A stretch of 63,567 nucleotides of DNA, the filler included, from Chloroflexota bacterium (GTDB lineage: Bacteria; Chloroflexota; Chloroflexia; QHBQ01): assembly GCA_043754535.1 (NCBI GenBank). It is 6 parts of 6 records of this genome, joined end to end, with 100 filler letters (N's around TTAATTAATTAA, not from the genome) between each part and the next. Parts side by side here need not be neighbours in the genome. Positions count along the whole stretch, not along the records: positions 39,769 to 55,582 come from JAYUUN010000033.1; positions 55,683 to 60,624 come from JAYUUN010000041.1; positions 60,725 to 63,567 come from JAYUUN010000116.1; 3 more parts are not named here. One strand, 5' to 3'. The notes under the pieces were generated by a model. The model did no database searches and was not told the origin of the DNA. It was given only the letters and a program-made list of their open reading frames with translations. This document shows, piece after piece, positions 51,769-62,492 of this stretch (position 1 is its first letter; each line of letters opens with the position of its first letter). The position numbers were made by a program, and so were the translations under genes.

Positions 51769-52923
51769 ATGGATTTTGAGCTTACGAACGAGCAGAAGCT
51801 CTTTCAGCAGACGGTGCGCGAGTTCTCGGACAAGGTGATCGCCCCCGAAGCCCGCGACCGCGACCGCACCCATGAGTTTCCCTGGCCGATCATCAAGCAG
51901 ATGGGTGAACTGGGCTTGCTTGGTATCTACTACCCAGAGGAGTACGAGGGTGCGGGGGCAGATACCATGTCCTATGCAATCGCCATCGAGGAGATCGCCC
52001 GCAACGACGGCTCGCTGGCCCTGACCGTGGCGGCCCACAACTCGCTTGGCTGCGGCCCGATCTACTACTTCGGCAGCGACGAGCAAAAGCATGAGTGGCT
52101 GCCGAAGCTGTGCAGCGGCAAGATGCTTGGTGCCTTCGGCCTCACCGAGTCGGGGGCCGGCAGTGATGCGGGTGGCACCCAGACTACTGCTGTCCTCGAC
52201 GGCGACCAGTGGGTGATCAATGGCAGCAAGATTTATTGCACCAGCGGGCGCATTGCGGGCGTAACCACGATCACCGCCAAGACCCCAGGGCGCGGCGATG
52301 GCAAAACGATCAGCAGCTTCATTGTTCCCAATGGCACCCCCGGTTACGAATATGGCAAGGACGAGGACAAGATGGGCCTGCGCTCCAGCGTAACCAGCCC
52401 ACTCTACTTCCACGATGTCCGCATCCCGAAGGAGAACCTGCTGGGCGACGAAGGCGGCGGCTTCAAGCAGTTCATGCAGATACTGGATGGCGGGCGGATC
52501 AGCATCGGCGCGATGGCCCTCGGTCTCGGTGTCGGCGCACTGAATGTCGCGCTCAAGTATGCGAAGGAGCGAGTGCAATTCGGCCAGCCGATCAGCAGCT
52601 TCCAGGCAATCCAGTTCAAGCTGGCAGACATGGCAACCGAGCTTGAGGCGGCCAGGTGGCTGCTCTGGCGGGCCGCCTGGCTGAAAGATCAGCACCGCTC
52701 CTTTGCTCAGGCCGCTGCGATGGGCAAGCTCTACGCCAGCGAAGCGGCAGAGCGGGCTTGCCACGCTGCGATCCAAATCTGCGGCGGCATGGGCTACACC
52801 AGCGAGATGCCGGTCGAGCGGATGTACCGCGACGTGCGCCTAACCGAGATCGGTGAGGGGACGAGCGAAATCCAACGCATTGTGATCAGCCGCGCTCTCT
52901 TGCGCGACGCAAAGAACTACTAG
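51769..52923 (+). CDS. Acyl-CoA dehydrogenase (short/branched chain)
   Basis: GLTESGAGSD, INGSK, LDGGRISIGA, QFGQPI..FQAIQFKLADM, IGEGTSEIQR. Confidence 0.96.
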   Translation: MDFELTNEQKLFQQTVREFSDKVIAPEARDRDRTHEFPWPIIKQMGELGLLGIYYPEEYEGAGADTMSYAIAIEEIARNDGSLALTVAAHNSLGCGPIYYFGSDEQKHEWLPKLCSGKMLGAFGLTESGAGSDAGGTQTTAVLDGDQWVINGSKIYCTSGRIAGVTTITAKTPGRGDGKTISSFIVPNGTPGYEYGKDEDKMGLRSSVTSPLYFHDVRIPKENLLGDEGGGFKQFMQILDGGRISIGAMALGLGVGALNVALKYAKERVQFGQPISSFQAIQFKLADMATELEAARWLLWRAAWLKDQHRSFAQAAAMGKLYASEAAERACHAAIQICGGMGYTSEMPVERMYRDVRLTEIGEGTSEIQRIVISRALLRDAKNY

Positions 52924-52954
52924 CCAGCAGCTAGTCAGCAGGCAGGGCGCAACC

Positions 52955-53440
52955 ATGCAACTAGAGCGTATCGTAGAACCATCCCCCCTCGTGGGAGAAA
53001 ACCAGGAGCGGGTGCAGGAGACGGCCCGCCGCTGGCTGCTGATCGCCGTTAGCACCACCGCGATCATCGGCCTGCTCCACCTCGGTGACCACATCCTGCG
53101 CGGCAAGCAGTACGTCCTGCCATACTTTGGGGCAGTAGACACGATTTGGCTGGCGATGGCGACATATCTGTTCGTTCTGCCACCCCTCTACCTCACTGCT
53201 CGTGGGCGGTTGCTAACCGGCTACTGGCTGTTTGCGGGGATGGTGGCTACGCTGCTAGTCGGCTTCGGCCACCTCAGCCCCTTCGCCTTCGAGTCTGTTC
53301 ACACCATTTATATGGATCATGCCAACGATCCGCCTATCGCTGCCCTGTCGCTGATCCTCCTCTACAGCCTGTTCGCCAGCAGCCTCGCGCTGATTATGGC
53401 GGCGGTGCGAGTGCGGAGGTTGACGGGTAGCTGGCGGTGA
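52955..53440 (+). CDS. Hypothetical membrane protein
   Basis: Four predicted TM segments, operonic spacing. Confidence 0.65.
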   Translation: MQLERIVEPSPLVGENQERVQETARRWLLIAVSTTAIIGLLHLGDHILRGKQYVLPYFGAVDTIWLAMATYLFVLPPLYLTARGRLLTGYWLFAGMVATLLVGFGHLSPFAFESVHTIYMDHANDPPIAALSLILLYSLFASSLALIMAAVRVRRLTGSWR

Positions 53441-53459
53441 TCGCCGAAGGAGTAAGCCG

Positions 53460-53657
53460 ATGTACCGTGACCGTCTAGCCCGCGAAGTCCTCAACAACAG
53501 CGGTGGGATCGTCCAGCGGGTGCTGCCGCTCACCAGGCTGGATCAACTGGTCTCCGCCCTATCTGACGGGCAGGCTGGGTTGCCGCTCGGCCCCAACGAG
53601 CCGCCAAGCCGCAGGCGGCGCATTCGGCGCAGCAGGAAGCAGGTGAAGCAAAGATGA
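53460..53657 (+). CDS. Small hypothetical protein
   Basis: RBS AAGGAG; overlaps the next start (ATGA). Confidence 0.45.
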   Translation: MYRDRLAREVLNNSGGIVQRVLPLTRLDQLVSALSDGQAGLPLGPNEPPSRRRRIRRSRKQVKQR

Positions 53658-54817
53658 ACCTTGACCTCAACGACGAGCAGATCATGCTCCGCGATGCAGC
53701 CCGCAACTTTGCAGACAGCGAATTGCGCCCCATCGCCCAGGAGTGCGACGCGAACGAGCAGTTCCCCCACGCCGCCTTCAAGCAGATGGCCGACCTCGGC
53801 TTCCTCGGCCTGCTAGTGCCAGAACAGTATGGCGGCGTGGGGGTTGATACTCTTAGCTACATCCTGGTGCTGGAGGAGCTAAACAAGGTGCTGCCTGCGC
53901 TCGGCACTGTCGTCTCCGTCCACAACTCATTGACCGTCAGCGGCGTGGTGCGAGCGGGCAGCGAGGCGCAGAAGCAGCAGTATTTGCCCCGCCTTGCTAG
54001 CGGCGAACTGCTGGGAGCCTATGCGATCAGCGAGCCACAGGCGGGTAGCGACCCTGCCAGTATGCGTACTTTCGCCCGTCGTGAGGGGGACGACTACGTG
54101 ATCAACGGCACCAAGTGTTGGATCACCAGCGGCCAGAACTGTGGCCTGATCCTGCTTCTTGCCGTCACCGACAAAGAGGTGAAGCCGTCGGCGGGGATCA
54201 GCGCGTTCCTCATCGAGAAAGACACGCCTGGGCTGCTGGTTGGTAGGCGCGAGGAGAAGCTGGGCTTGCGGGCCAGTGACACCACCCAGCTTGTGTTCGA
54301 GGATTGCCGTGTCCCTGCCACTACTCTGCTCGGCGCAGAGGGTAGCGGCCTCAAACTCGCTCTCAGCCTGCTAGACGGTGGGCGGGTTGGTATCGCAGCC
54401 CAAGCTCTCGGTATTGCTGAAGCTGCCCTGGATGAGGCGGTCAGGTATGCTAAGGGGCGTGAGCAGTTTGGCCGCCCGATCAGCGACTATCAGGCGATCA
54501 GCTTCATGCTGGCGGACATGGCGACCGAGATCGAGGCGGCCAGGCTGCTGATCTACCGCGCCGCCACGCTCAAAGAGCAGCGCGAACGGATCACCGCGCA
54601 GGCTAGCATGGCGAAGCTGTTTGCCAGCGAAGTAGCGATGCGCGCTGTAGACAAGGCCTTGCAGATACATGGCGGCTACGGTTACGTCAAGGAGTATGCT
54701 ATCGAGCGTATCTACCGCGACGCACGGATCACTCGCATCTACGAGGGGACGAGTGAAGTGCAGCGTATGGTGATTGCTGCTCAGTTGCTCAAGGGCGAGT
54801 ACGTCGCGGCGGTCTAA
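53654..54817 (+). CDS. Acyl-CoA dehydrogenase (butyryl-CoA dehydrogenase-like)
   Basis: ISEPQAGSD, INGTKCWIT, LDGGRVGIAAQ, ARITRIYEGTSEVQR. Confidence 0.96.
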   Translation: MNLDLNDEQIMLRDAARNFADSELRPIAQECDANEQFPHAAFKQMADLGFLGLLVPEQYGGVGVDTLSYILVLEELNKVLPALGTVVSVHNSLTVSGVVRAGSEAQKQQYLPRLASGELLGAYAISEPQAGSDPASMRTFARREGDDYVINGTKCWITSGQNCGLILLLAVTDKEVKPSAGISAFLIEKDTPGLLVGRREEKLGLRASDTTQLVFEDCRVPATTLLGAEGSGLKLALSLLDGGRVGIAAQALGIAEAALDEAVRYAKGREQFGRPISDYQAISFMLADMATEIEAARLLIYRAATLKEQRERITAQASMAKLFASEVAMRAVDKALQIHGGYGYVKEYAIERIYRDARITRIYEGTSEVQRMVIAAQLLKGEYVAAV

Positions 54818-54951
54818 GTGGACAGGAGAATCGCAGATCGAAGGTCGGCGCAATGGCTAAGGCAGGTGTAAACTGGTGGTCGGAAAATATTTCGCACTGG
54901 CGGGCCAGCCTGGCACAGATGCGGGAGCGCATCCAGGCTGGCCCACCAAGA

Positions 54952-55582
54952 TTAGCGCAACACCTTGATCATGTCGGCCCAACAGTTGCGCTGCTCGAAA
55001 CCAACCCCGCTATAGAGGGGTAGGGCGCGCTCGTTCTTGCCCTCCACGCCAAGCTCCACGTGTTCGACCTGTGTTCGTAGCCAGCGGATGCCATCTAGCA
55101 AAAGCGCGCGCCCAAGGCCAGCCCGCCGCTGCTCTGGCACCACACCGAGGTTCTCGATCCAGCCAACCGACTCGCCCCGACGCTCGACCTCATCCGGCCA
55201 GATTGCCGCGTGGCAGTAGCCAACCGCTTGCTCACCAGCGCAGGCGAAAATCACCCCGTCGGGCTGGAAGCCAGTCTCCTCGGTCAGGTGGATCGTATCC
55301 GCCAGGCTGCGCTGCACGCTGCCAAAGTGGTCGGCGAAGGTGACATTGCGGAGGTCGGTCAGCAGTTGCTCGTCCTCACCCAGTACCATGCGGCGGCTGG
55401 CGATCCCTGCTGGGTATCGTGGTTCTGGCACTGGTACGCCCGCTGCCAGGCGCATCGTCCAGGAGTAGCGGTCAAGCTGGTAGCCGCGTTGTTCCAGGAA
55501 GCTGGTCAGCAGGTCGTAACGGCTGCTGACCCCAAAGTAGAGCTTGCCAAGCTGCTGGGCCTGGGCCTGCTGCTCGGCTGCG
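54952..55582 (-). CDS. GNAT acetyltransferase (MshD-like tandem GNAT), 5' partial
   Basis: LGVVPEQRRAGLGRALL, NERALPLYSGVGF. Confidence 0.85.
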
Positions 55583-55682
55583 NNNNNNNNNNNNNNNNNN
55601 NNNNNNNNNNNNNNNNNNNNNNNNNNTTAATTAATTAANNNNNNNNNNNNNNNNNNNNNNNNNNNNNNNNNNNNNNNNNNNN
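55583..55682. other. Artificial contig linker
   Basis: N-TTAATTAATTAA-N. Confidence 0.97.
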
Positions 55683-57012
55683 GTGGCTCCTGGTTGATCG
55701 AGCGTTCGTTCTGCTGGTAGCTAACCACACCATTATTCTCCACTCGCCAGCGGTAGGGAGCCTGGTAGTAGATCACGGTCTGGTTAGTATCGGTGAAGTA
55801 GTTGTAGGATGTATAGGTGATGACCAGGCTGCTGACGTTGCCCACCCAACCGACTTTTTCGAGGGGGGGGTTCAGTGGCGGGGTTGGGTTGTAGCCAGCT
55901 ACCGTAGGGCTAACAGTTGCGTCGGTCGGCGGGGTGCTAGTTGCCAGCGCAGTGACGACGAACAGGGAAGGGTCAAGCGCAACGCCCGTCTGGAAGCTAG
56001 TTATTTCGTCGCGGTAAACAAGATTGCCGTCGCTGGTCGCGCCTTCCAGCTTGAGGGCAAAGCCAGTTGCCCTATCCACCCACAGAGTAAAGCTAAGGTT
56101 GCTTTTGCTAATAGCCCAACCGCAAGATCTGCTATCACTCTCAGCAGTCAGTACATCCACCACGCGCCCATGTAGGTACTCGCTGCCAGCGTAGCGTGGT
56201 GCTAGTGCTTGGTTGTCATTCGAGACAAAGCAGGCACTTACATCACTAGGCTTGTAGATGCCATCTTCAGCTACGCCATCAATCCTGACTACCACTTGGA
56301 GAGCCAACAGCGATAGCCGAGGCCACCGCTGAGCATCTTCAGCTACGCTGCCACCAATCCTGGCTACCACGCCATACACCTTTGCGCTGGGTACGTCAAT
56401 GCGGTAGCTTTGGTCACTGGCTCGGTACCAGATGTTTACTACTGATGTACGAGGCTCCATCCTACTACCTGTGCTGGTGTAAGTGGTTGTTTTGGTTAGC
56501 ACAAAGTTGGGCAGGGTGTTGCTCTCGTAGATGTGCATGGCACGACTGAGAATGTCGGCGGCATTGATGGTTGGCGGCACGATGGTCGGCGCAGCCGTCG
56601 CCACCCCAGGGCTGACGACGTTGCCCCCCCTGCTCTGGTTGAAGCTCTGCGCGAAGAACAGACCGCCACCAACGAGCAGTAGCACGACCGCCAGGGTTGC
56701 AAGGCGAGCGAAGGCGGCGCGGGTGCGTGACGTGAAGATGGGGTTCTGCATGGTGTTCAGCCTCTCAAATCTACCCGATTGGGTAGTGGGATTGGGGCTA
56801 GCTTGCTTGAGCCGCACCGCCTCCGCCGCCAGCAGCATCGCTAGCTGGTCGTGGAAGCGCGCGCCGGGGGTTACTTCGGGCAGTTCGCTGCTGGCGCGGC
56901 GGGCGATCTCCGCACTGGCAGGGTCGAGGTCGGCGGGTGGCTGGCTGTTGGGTTCGCTAGCGAGGGCAGTGAAGAACTGCTCTAGCAACACGCTCTGCTT
57001 GTCATCGTCCAT
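55683..57012 (-). CDS. Putative anti-sigma factor with extracytoplasmic LolA/RseB-like domain (3' partial)
   Basis: Coupled to ECF; TM helix; 'TLWVDRATGFALKLE...LDPSLF' LolA-like motif. Confidence 0.65.
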
Positions 57013-57611
57013 CAGTTGCCCTCCTGTCCTAGTACCAGCTGCTTAAGTCGCTCAACCGCTCGGTGGCGCAACATCCTGACGGCAGGGCCGCTCTTGCCCA
57101 TCGCCTCGCCAATCTGCTCGCCAGTCCAGCCCACACACTGTAGTTCGATTACCGTACGCTGCTCCTCTGGCAAGAGAGCGAGTGCCGCCCGCACGCTCTG
57201 CCGCTCGGCCTGCGCTACTACCGTTTCCTCCAGCGTGGGGCCAGAGGCGGCCATCTCCTCAGCCTCATACAGCGTGGTCGCCAGGCGCATCTGCTGCTGG
57301 CTGACCACCACATTGCGGGCGATCTGGAACAGCCAGGCGGCGAATAGCCCTTCGCGGTAGCCTGCCAGCCCGTTGATTGCCCGCAGGAAGATTTCGCTGG
57401 TCGCGTCCTCCGCCGCCTCCTGCACCCGCAGCCGCAGGTAGCAGAAGTTGTAGATGCGCTTGAAGTAGCGTTCGTAGAGCGCAGCGAACCGGGCCGGGTC
57501 TTGCCGCGCCGCCCGCACCAAGTCGAGGTCACTAGCCTCCCCCTCAAGCGGGGTCACCCCAGTCTGCGGCTGCCCACTCACGCCAAACAACAGTATGATC
57601 GAGGTCAACAT
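57012..57611 (-). CDS. ECF RNA polymerase sigma-70 factor
   Basis: FAALYERY, AEDATSEIFLRA, FAAWLFQIARN, LPEEQRTVIEL, region 4 HTH. Confidence 0.92.
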   Translation of the reverse strand: MLTSIILLFGVSGQPQTGVTPLEGEASDLDLVRAARQDPARFAALYERYFKRIYNFCYLRLRVQEAAEDATSEIFLRAINGLAGYREGLFAAWLFQIARNVVVSQQQMRLATTLYEAEEMAASGPTLEETVVAQAERQSVRAALALLPEEQRTVIELQCVGWTGEQIGEAMGKSGPAVRMLRHRAVERLKQLVLGQEGN

Positions 57612-57865
57612 CGGCGTTTCTCTCCCTGTGCCGGGTCGTAGGCCGGTCGGCTCCCCTTTTCCCTGCCTCATAAGTAGAGACTGGGCGGCAAGCCCAATGT
57701 AACGCGCAATCTGCACCAATCTGCAAGGATTATAACAGCATCCAACCCCCTCTGGTTCCCTCCCCTCGCGCGGGCGCACCCTGGGCAAGGCTCAGCGACC
57801 ACACGCTGGCCCCACTTGTGCTAAAATGGCAACACCAAACCAGTTTGCACAGGAGACAGCCCCCC

Positions 57866-60619
57866 ATGCCGATGAAAATCCTCGAAACCCGCGTCTACCG
57901 TGGCCCCTCCTACTGGGAGTATGCTCCCCACATCCGCATGGTCATTGACTTGCAGGAGTACGAGCGCAAGCCGACCAACAAGCTGCCTGGCTTCACCGAT
58001 GCACTCCTTGAGCAGATACCCGGCTTGCAGGATCATACCTGTAGCCGGGGCGTGAGCGGCGGCTTCGTCGAACGCCTGCGCGAAGGTACCTGGCTCGGCC
58101 ACGTCACCGAACACGTCGCCATCGCCCTGCAAACCCTCGCTGGCACCGACGTGAAGCGCGGCAAGACGCGCGGTGCAGACAAGCGTGGGGTCTACAATGT
58201 CGTCTTCACCTACGTTGAGGAGGAGGTCGGCAAGGCTGCTGGTCGCTTCGCCTTCGAGATTGTCTCTGCCCTGGCGCGGGGCGAAACCTACGCCGTGCAG
58301 CCAGTGATCGACGAACTGGCTCGCATGGTAGACGAGGTGGCCCTTGGCCCCAGCACCCTCTCCCTGGTCGAAGAAGCCCACCGCCGTGGCATCCCCTACA
58401 TCCGCCTCAACCGCTACAGCCTGATCCAACTCGGCTACGGCATCAACCAGCGGCGGTTGGAGGCGACCGTCACCTCCGAAACCCTGCACATCGCCACCAA
58501 CATCGCCTCCAATAAAGACCTGACCAAGCAACTACTGCACGACGTGGGCATCCCCGTCCCCCGTGGCAAGGTCGCCCGCCGCCTCAGCACCGCCGCCAGT
58601 ATTGCCCAAGAACTGGGCTACCCCCTGGTGGTCAAGCCGCTGGACGCGAATCATGGGCGCGGCATTACCGTCAACCTCACCTCGGATGACCAGTTGGCTA
58701 AAGCCTTCGAGTTCGCCCAGGAACATGGCTCTAGCGACCGCGTGATCGTCGAGCAGTACATCACCGGGCGCGACCATCGCATCCTGGTGGTCAACGGCAA
58801 GGTGGTGGCCGTGGCCGAGCGGGTGCCAGCCCACGTCGTCGGTGACGGCCAGCGCACGATCAGCCAACTGATCGACGAGGTTAACAGCGACCCCCGCCGG
58901 GGCGTGGCTCACGAGAAGGTGCTGACCAAAATCAAAGTGGACGGCCTGGTGCTGGAACTGCTGCGCCGCAAGCAGTACGACCTGGACACCGTGCCAGCCG
59001 CTGGCGAAAGCGTCACCCTGCGCACGACCGCCAACATGAGTACTGGCGGCACGGCGATTGACCGCACCGACGAAATCCACTACGACAACATCGAAGTCTG
59101 CGTGCGCGCCGCCCGCGTCGTCGGCCTGGACGTGGCGGGCATAGACATGGTGATCCCCGACATCAGCCACTCGATCTACGAGAACGGGGGCGAAGGTCGT
59201 GGCGGCGCGATTGTCGAAGTCAATGCCGCCCCTGGCTTCCGGATGCACGTACAACCTAGCGAGGGTAGCCCGCGCAACGTCGCCAAGCCAGTCATTGATA
59301 TGCTCTTTCCCCCTGGTAGCAGCAGCCGCATCCCCCTGATTGCGATCACTGGCACCAACGGCAAGACGACCACCACGCGCATGGTCGCCCACATCCTCAA
59401 GCTGGCGGGCCGCAAGGTGGGCATGACCACCACCGACGGCATCTATATTGATGGTAAGCAGATATTGCATGGCGACATGACCGGCCCCCGCTCGGCCCGC
59501 GTCGTCCTGCGCGACCCGACCGTGAGTGCGGCGGTGTTGGAGACGGCGCGGGGCGGCATCCTGCGCGAGGGGCTGGGTTTCGACCGCTGCGATGTGGGGG
59601 CCGTGCTGAACGTCAGCGGCGACCACCTGGGGCTGGGTGGCATTGACACCCTGGAGCAGATGGCCGAGGTCAAGTCGCTGGTGATCGAAGTGGTGCGGCG
59701 CGACGGCAGCGGCGTACTCAACGCCGACGACCCGCTGGTGGCGGCGATGGCGACCAAGTGCAGCGGCAAGGTCTCCTACTTTTCGATGGACAGCCGCAAC
59801 CCCCTCGTCCGCAAGCACGTGGCCGAGGGCGGCATGGCCGTCGTCCTCGAACAAGGGGTGCATGGCGACATGATCACCGTCTACAACGGCGAGCAACGCA
59901 CTGCCCTGCTCTGGACCAGCCGCATCCCCGCCACCCTCGACGGCATGGCGAGCTTCAACGTCGCCAACGCCCTGGCCGCCACTACGATCTGCACTGCCCT
60001 CGACATATCGGTGGAGGACATTCGGCAGGGGCTACAGACCTTCGACACCAGCTACTTCCTCACCCCCGGTCGCCTCAACGTCTTCGACAAGGACGACTTC
60101 AAGGTAATCCTCGACTACGGCCACAACGCCGTCGCCCTCAACAACATCGCCGACCTGGTGGGCAAGATGAAGAAGCCCGGCGGCCACACCCTGGCTGTCT
60201 TCAGTGCAGCCGGCGACCGCCGCGACGAGGATATCCGCGAGTTCGGTGCGATCCTGGGTCGCAGCTTTGAGCAGTTGATCCTCAAGGAGGACAAGAACAA
60301 GCGCGGGCGCAAGTCTGGCGAGGCGACCGCCCTGGTGCGCGAGGGCGCAGAAGGGGCAGGCCTGGCCCCAGAGCGCATCCGCGAGATCGCCGACGAACTG
60401 GCGGCAGTGCGCATCGCCCTGGACGGTGCCGAGCGCAACGACCTGATCGTGCTGTTCGCCGACGACGTAGAGCGGGTCGCCGACCTTACCTCGAACTGGA
60501 TGCACCAGCCGGTGCTGCCTAACGAAACCGTGGTAGACCAGGAGGAGTTTGCCACCCTCACCTCGGAGGAGCCGCTGGCCGCCGACCCCACGCACACCAG
60601 CGGGAGGGGCGACGCTTGA
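57866..60619 (+). CDS. cphA: Cyanophycin synthetase
   Basis: GTWLGHVTEH N-domain, ATP-grasp (KPLDANHGRG, EVNAAPGFRMH), Mur-ligase (ITGTNGKTTT, LETARGG, DYGHN). Confidence 0.97.
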   Translation: MPMKILETRVYRGPSYWEYAPHIRMVIDLQEYERKPTNKLPGFTDALLEQIPGLQDHTCSRGVSGGFVERLREGTWLGHVTEHVAIALQTLAGTDVKRGKTRGADKRGVYNVVFTYVEEEVGKAAGRFAFEIVSALARGETYAVQPVIDELARMVDEVALGPSTLSLVEEAHRRGIPYIRLNRYSLIQLGYGINQRRLEATVTSETLHIATNIASNKDLTKQLLHDVGIPVPRGKVARRLSTAASIAQELGYPLVVKPLDANHGRGITVNLTSDDQLAKAFEFAQEHGSSDRVIVEQYITGRDHRILVVNGKVVAVAERVPAHVVGDGQRTISQLIDEVNSDPRRGVAHEKVLTKIKVDGLVLELLRRKQYDLDTVPAAGESVTLRTTANMSTGGTAIDRTDEIHYDNIEVCVRAARVVGLDVAGIDMVIPDISHSIYENGGEGRGGAIVEVNAAPGFRMHVQPSEGSPRNVAKPVIDMLFPPGSSSRIPLIAITGTNGKTTTTRMVAHILKLAGRKVGMTTTDGIYIDGKQILHGDMTGPRSARVVLRDPTVSAAVLETARGGILREGLGFDRCDVGAVLNVSGDHLGLGGIDTLEQMAEVKSLVIEVVRRDGSGVLNADDPLVAAMATKCSGKVSYFSMDSRNPLVRKHVAEGGMAVVLEQGVHGDMITVYNGEQRTALLWTSRIPATLDGMASFNVANALAATTICTALDISVEDIRQGLQTFDTSYFLTPGRLNVFDKDDFKVILDYGHNAVALNNIADLVGKMKKPGGHTLAVFSAAGDRRDEDIREFGAILGRSFEQLILKEDKNKRGRKSGEATALVREGAEGAGLAPERIREIADELAAVRIALDGAERNDLIVLFADDVERVADLTSNWMHQPVLPNETVVDQEEFATLTSEEPLAADPTHTSGRGDA

Positions 60620-60624
60620 CCACT

Positions 60625-60724
60625 NNNNNNNNNNNNNNNNNNNNNNNNNNNNNNNNNNNNNNNNNNNNTTAATTAATTAANNNNNNNNNNNNNNNNNNNN
60701 NNNNNNNNNNNNNNNNNNNNNNNN
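60625..60724. other. Artificial contig linker
   Basis: N-TTAATTAATTAA-N. Confidence 0.97.
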
Positions 60725-60824
60725 AGCAACAGAGGCAGGGGCAAGGCCGGAAGCCGCCTTGCCTACCTGCCCTTGTCGGTGAAGCAAGGTCAAGCAGACC
60801 AAAACACCAACAAGGAGCAGCAAC

Positions 60825-61088
60825 ATGGACAATCAACCGGATGTGCAGAAGCGGATGCTGGGTGTGACCAGCAACATCGTCATCCTCAGCGGCATGATCG
60901 CCGCTAGCATCCTGATCGTGGTCGCCCTCGGCCTGCTGGTTCTGAGCATCAACGACTCGTACCGCAACACCGACAGTTCAACCACCGTCACCACCACCAT
61001 GTTCGTCACCTTCGCAGCGGTGCTATCCACCTTCGCCTTCGTTGGCGGGGTCATGTTGCGCCGCCGCAACCAGCCCGGCCCCTGCTAA
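60825..61088 (+). CDS. Small 2-TM membrane protein
   Basis: RBS AAGGAG, two hydrophobic helices, host-like codon usage. Confidence 0.7.
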   Translation: MDNQPDVQKRMLGVTSNIVILSGMIAASILIVVALGLLVLSINDSYRNTDSSTTVTTTMFVTFAAVLSTFAFVGGVMLRRRNQPGPC

Positions 61089-61147
61089 GGTCGGGGTTGT
61101 TCGTCGCTATAAGCCAGCCGTTTCAACCATAGAGAAGGAGCAAAGCA

Positions 61148-61348
61148 ATGTCTGGTACTAAACCGACTAACTGGGCAGTCGTCATCTGCGCTCTCATCGG
61201 CCTCGCCCTGGTTGCCTACCTCGTCATCCTCCTGTTCAACGCGATGAACGGGCAGGGCATTAACGCGGCCCTGGTGACAGGCGTTAGCGTACTGGCAATC
61301 GTCTGTTTCATCATGGGTGGGCTTATACGCCTGCGGAGTAACCGCTAA
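61148..61348 (+). CDS. Small 2-TM membrane protein
   Basis: RBS AAGGAG, two hydrophobic helices. Confidence 0.7.
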   Translation: MSGTKPTNWAVVICALIGLALVAYLVILLFNAMNGQGINAALVTGVSVLAIVCFIMGGLIRLRSNR

Positions 61349-61563
61349 CTGGCTTGCGGCACGGTGAGCAGCGTGCTAACCGTGCAGGCTGCTACCTTTG
61401 TCTATAGCACAGGCAACATGGGCGGGGCGGCCTGCCCAGCACCATCCACTGGCACTTGCTACCGACTGAACGCCAGCATCAGTCGGGGCGAACTAAGCAG
61501 GGTAGTGAACAGAGCGATTGACACCTTGCGCTAGCGGTTAACGCGCAGGCCACTTGCTGATAC

Positions 61564-61655
61564 CCATACACCTTCAGCGAGACCGGCAAGAGGCTGGGTG
61601 GCGAGTTCCGCACCCATTGGGAGCAGCATGATGGGCTTGCGGTGCGGGGCTATGC
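61564..61655 (+). pseudogene. Remnant of FPETG-repeat surface protein
   Basis: Translates PYTFSETGKRLGGEFRTHWEQHDGLAVRGY with no start context. Confidence 0.55.
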
Positions 61656-62492
61656 CTGCCGCTGGCGGTGCGATAGGTGTTCAGGCCTCCAGATGACGAC
61701 GACCAGCACCGCCACCACCATGACCAGCGTGCTGAGAGTAGCCGCTACCAGCCCGACCCCAGCCCCACTCGCGGTGATGTAATTGAAGGTTGCGTGCCAG
61801 ACCGCAACGGCAAGCACGCTGCCTGCCGTACTATTATAGAGCCAGGTGAGCAGGATCGTTCCAGCCAGCAGCCCCAGCACCACACCGGGTAGAGTTGCTA
61901 CGTCGTAAATGTAAAAGAAAAAGGGGATGTGCCAACCTAGCCACAACACGCCCAGGATCAGGCTGGCGGTCAGCGCGTTGTAGTGCTGTTGCAGGTGGGG
62001 CAACGCGAAGCCACGCCAGCCGGTCTCCTCGCCGAAGCCGAAAGTCAGCAGCCAGAGTGGGAGAGCCACCAACCCTAGCTTCGGCAGGAACTTGACCGTG
62101 CCAAGTAGCCCGAAGTCGAGCCAGTTGCCGAACAGACCCATGCCCAGCGCGACCAGCCCGTAGACCAGCAGAGGTGAGAGCGCGACCAACCACCAGAGCC
62201 AGCCGATCCGCCACGCGCCCGTTCTTGCCAGCAGCTTCCTCACCCCCCCACCTCCTGTGGTCAGCCAGGTAACGGTGACGGCAGCCAGGAGTGGCCCCCA
62301 AGCGGTGAAGTAATGGAGGCCGAAGGGGGCGACGATCCCCTGCTGGTGGGCGACAGCCAGCGGCACGGAGAGCAGCCAGGAGTAAGCATAGGCGAGACCG
62401 AAGTAGGCGACCAGCGGGTGCTGGCGCAGCCATGTGCGGGTCATGGTCATGGTTCTCACGGGCTGGATACCCCCTGTTTGTGCTTGACCCAA
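61650..62492 (-). CDS. CPBP (CAAX/Abi) intramembrane metalloprotease (true start may be about 62450)
   Basis: GEETGWRGFALP (EExxxR), W..WH.P, HATFN. Confidence 0.92.
   Translation of the reverse strand: MGQAQTGGIQPVRTMTMTRTWLRQHPLVAYFGLAYAYSWLLSVPLAVAHQQGIVAPFGLHYFTAWGPLLAAVTVTWLTTGGGGVRKLLARTGAWRIGWLWWLVALSPLLVYGLVALGMGLFGNWLDFGLLGTVKFLPKLGLVALPLWLLTFGFGEETGWRGFALPHLQQHYNALTASLILGVLWLGWHIPFFFYIYDVATLPGVVLGLLAGTILLTWLYNSTAGSVLAVAVWHATFNYITASGAGVGLVAATLSTLVMVVAVLVVVIWRPEHLSHRQRQA

Noticed and set aside
50620..52776. 718-aa ORF as a fusion protein
   Set aside because: Its N-terminal half is the antisense shadow of the acyl-CoA dehydrogenase
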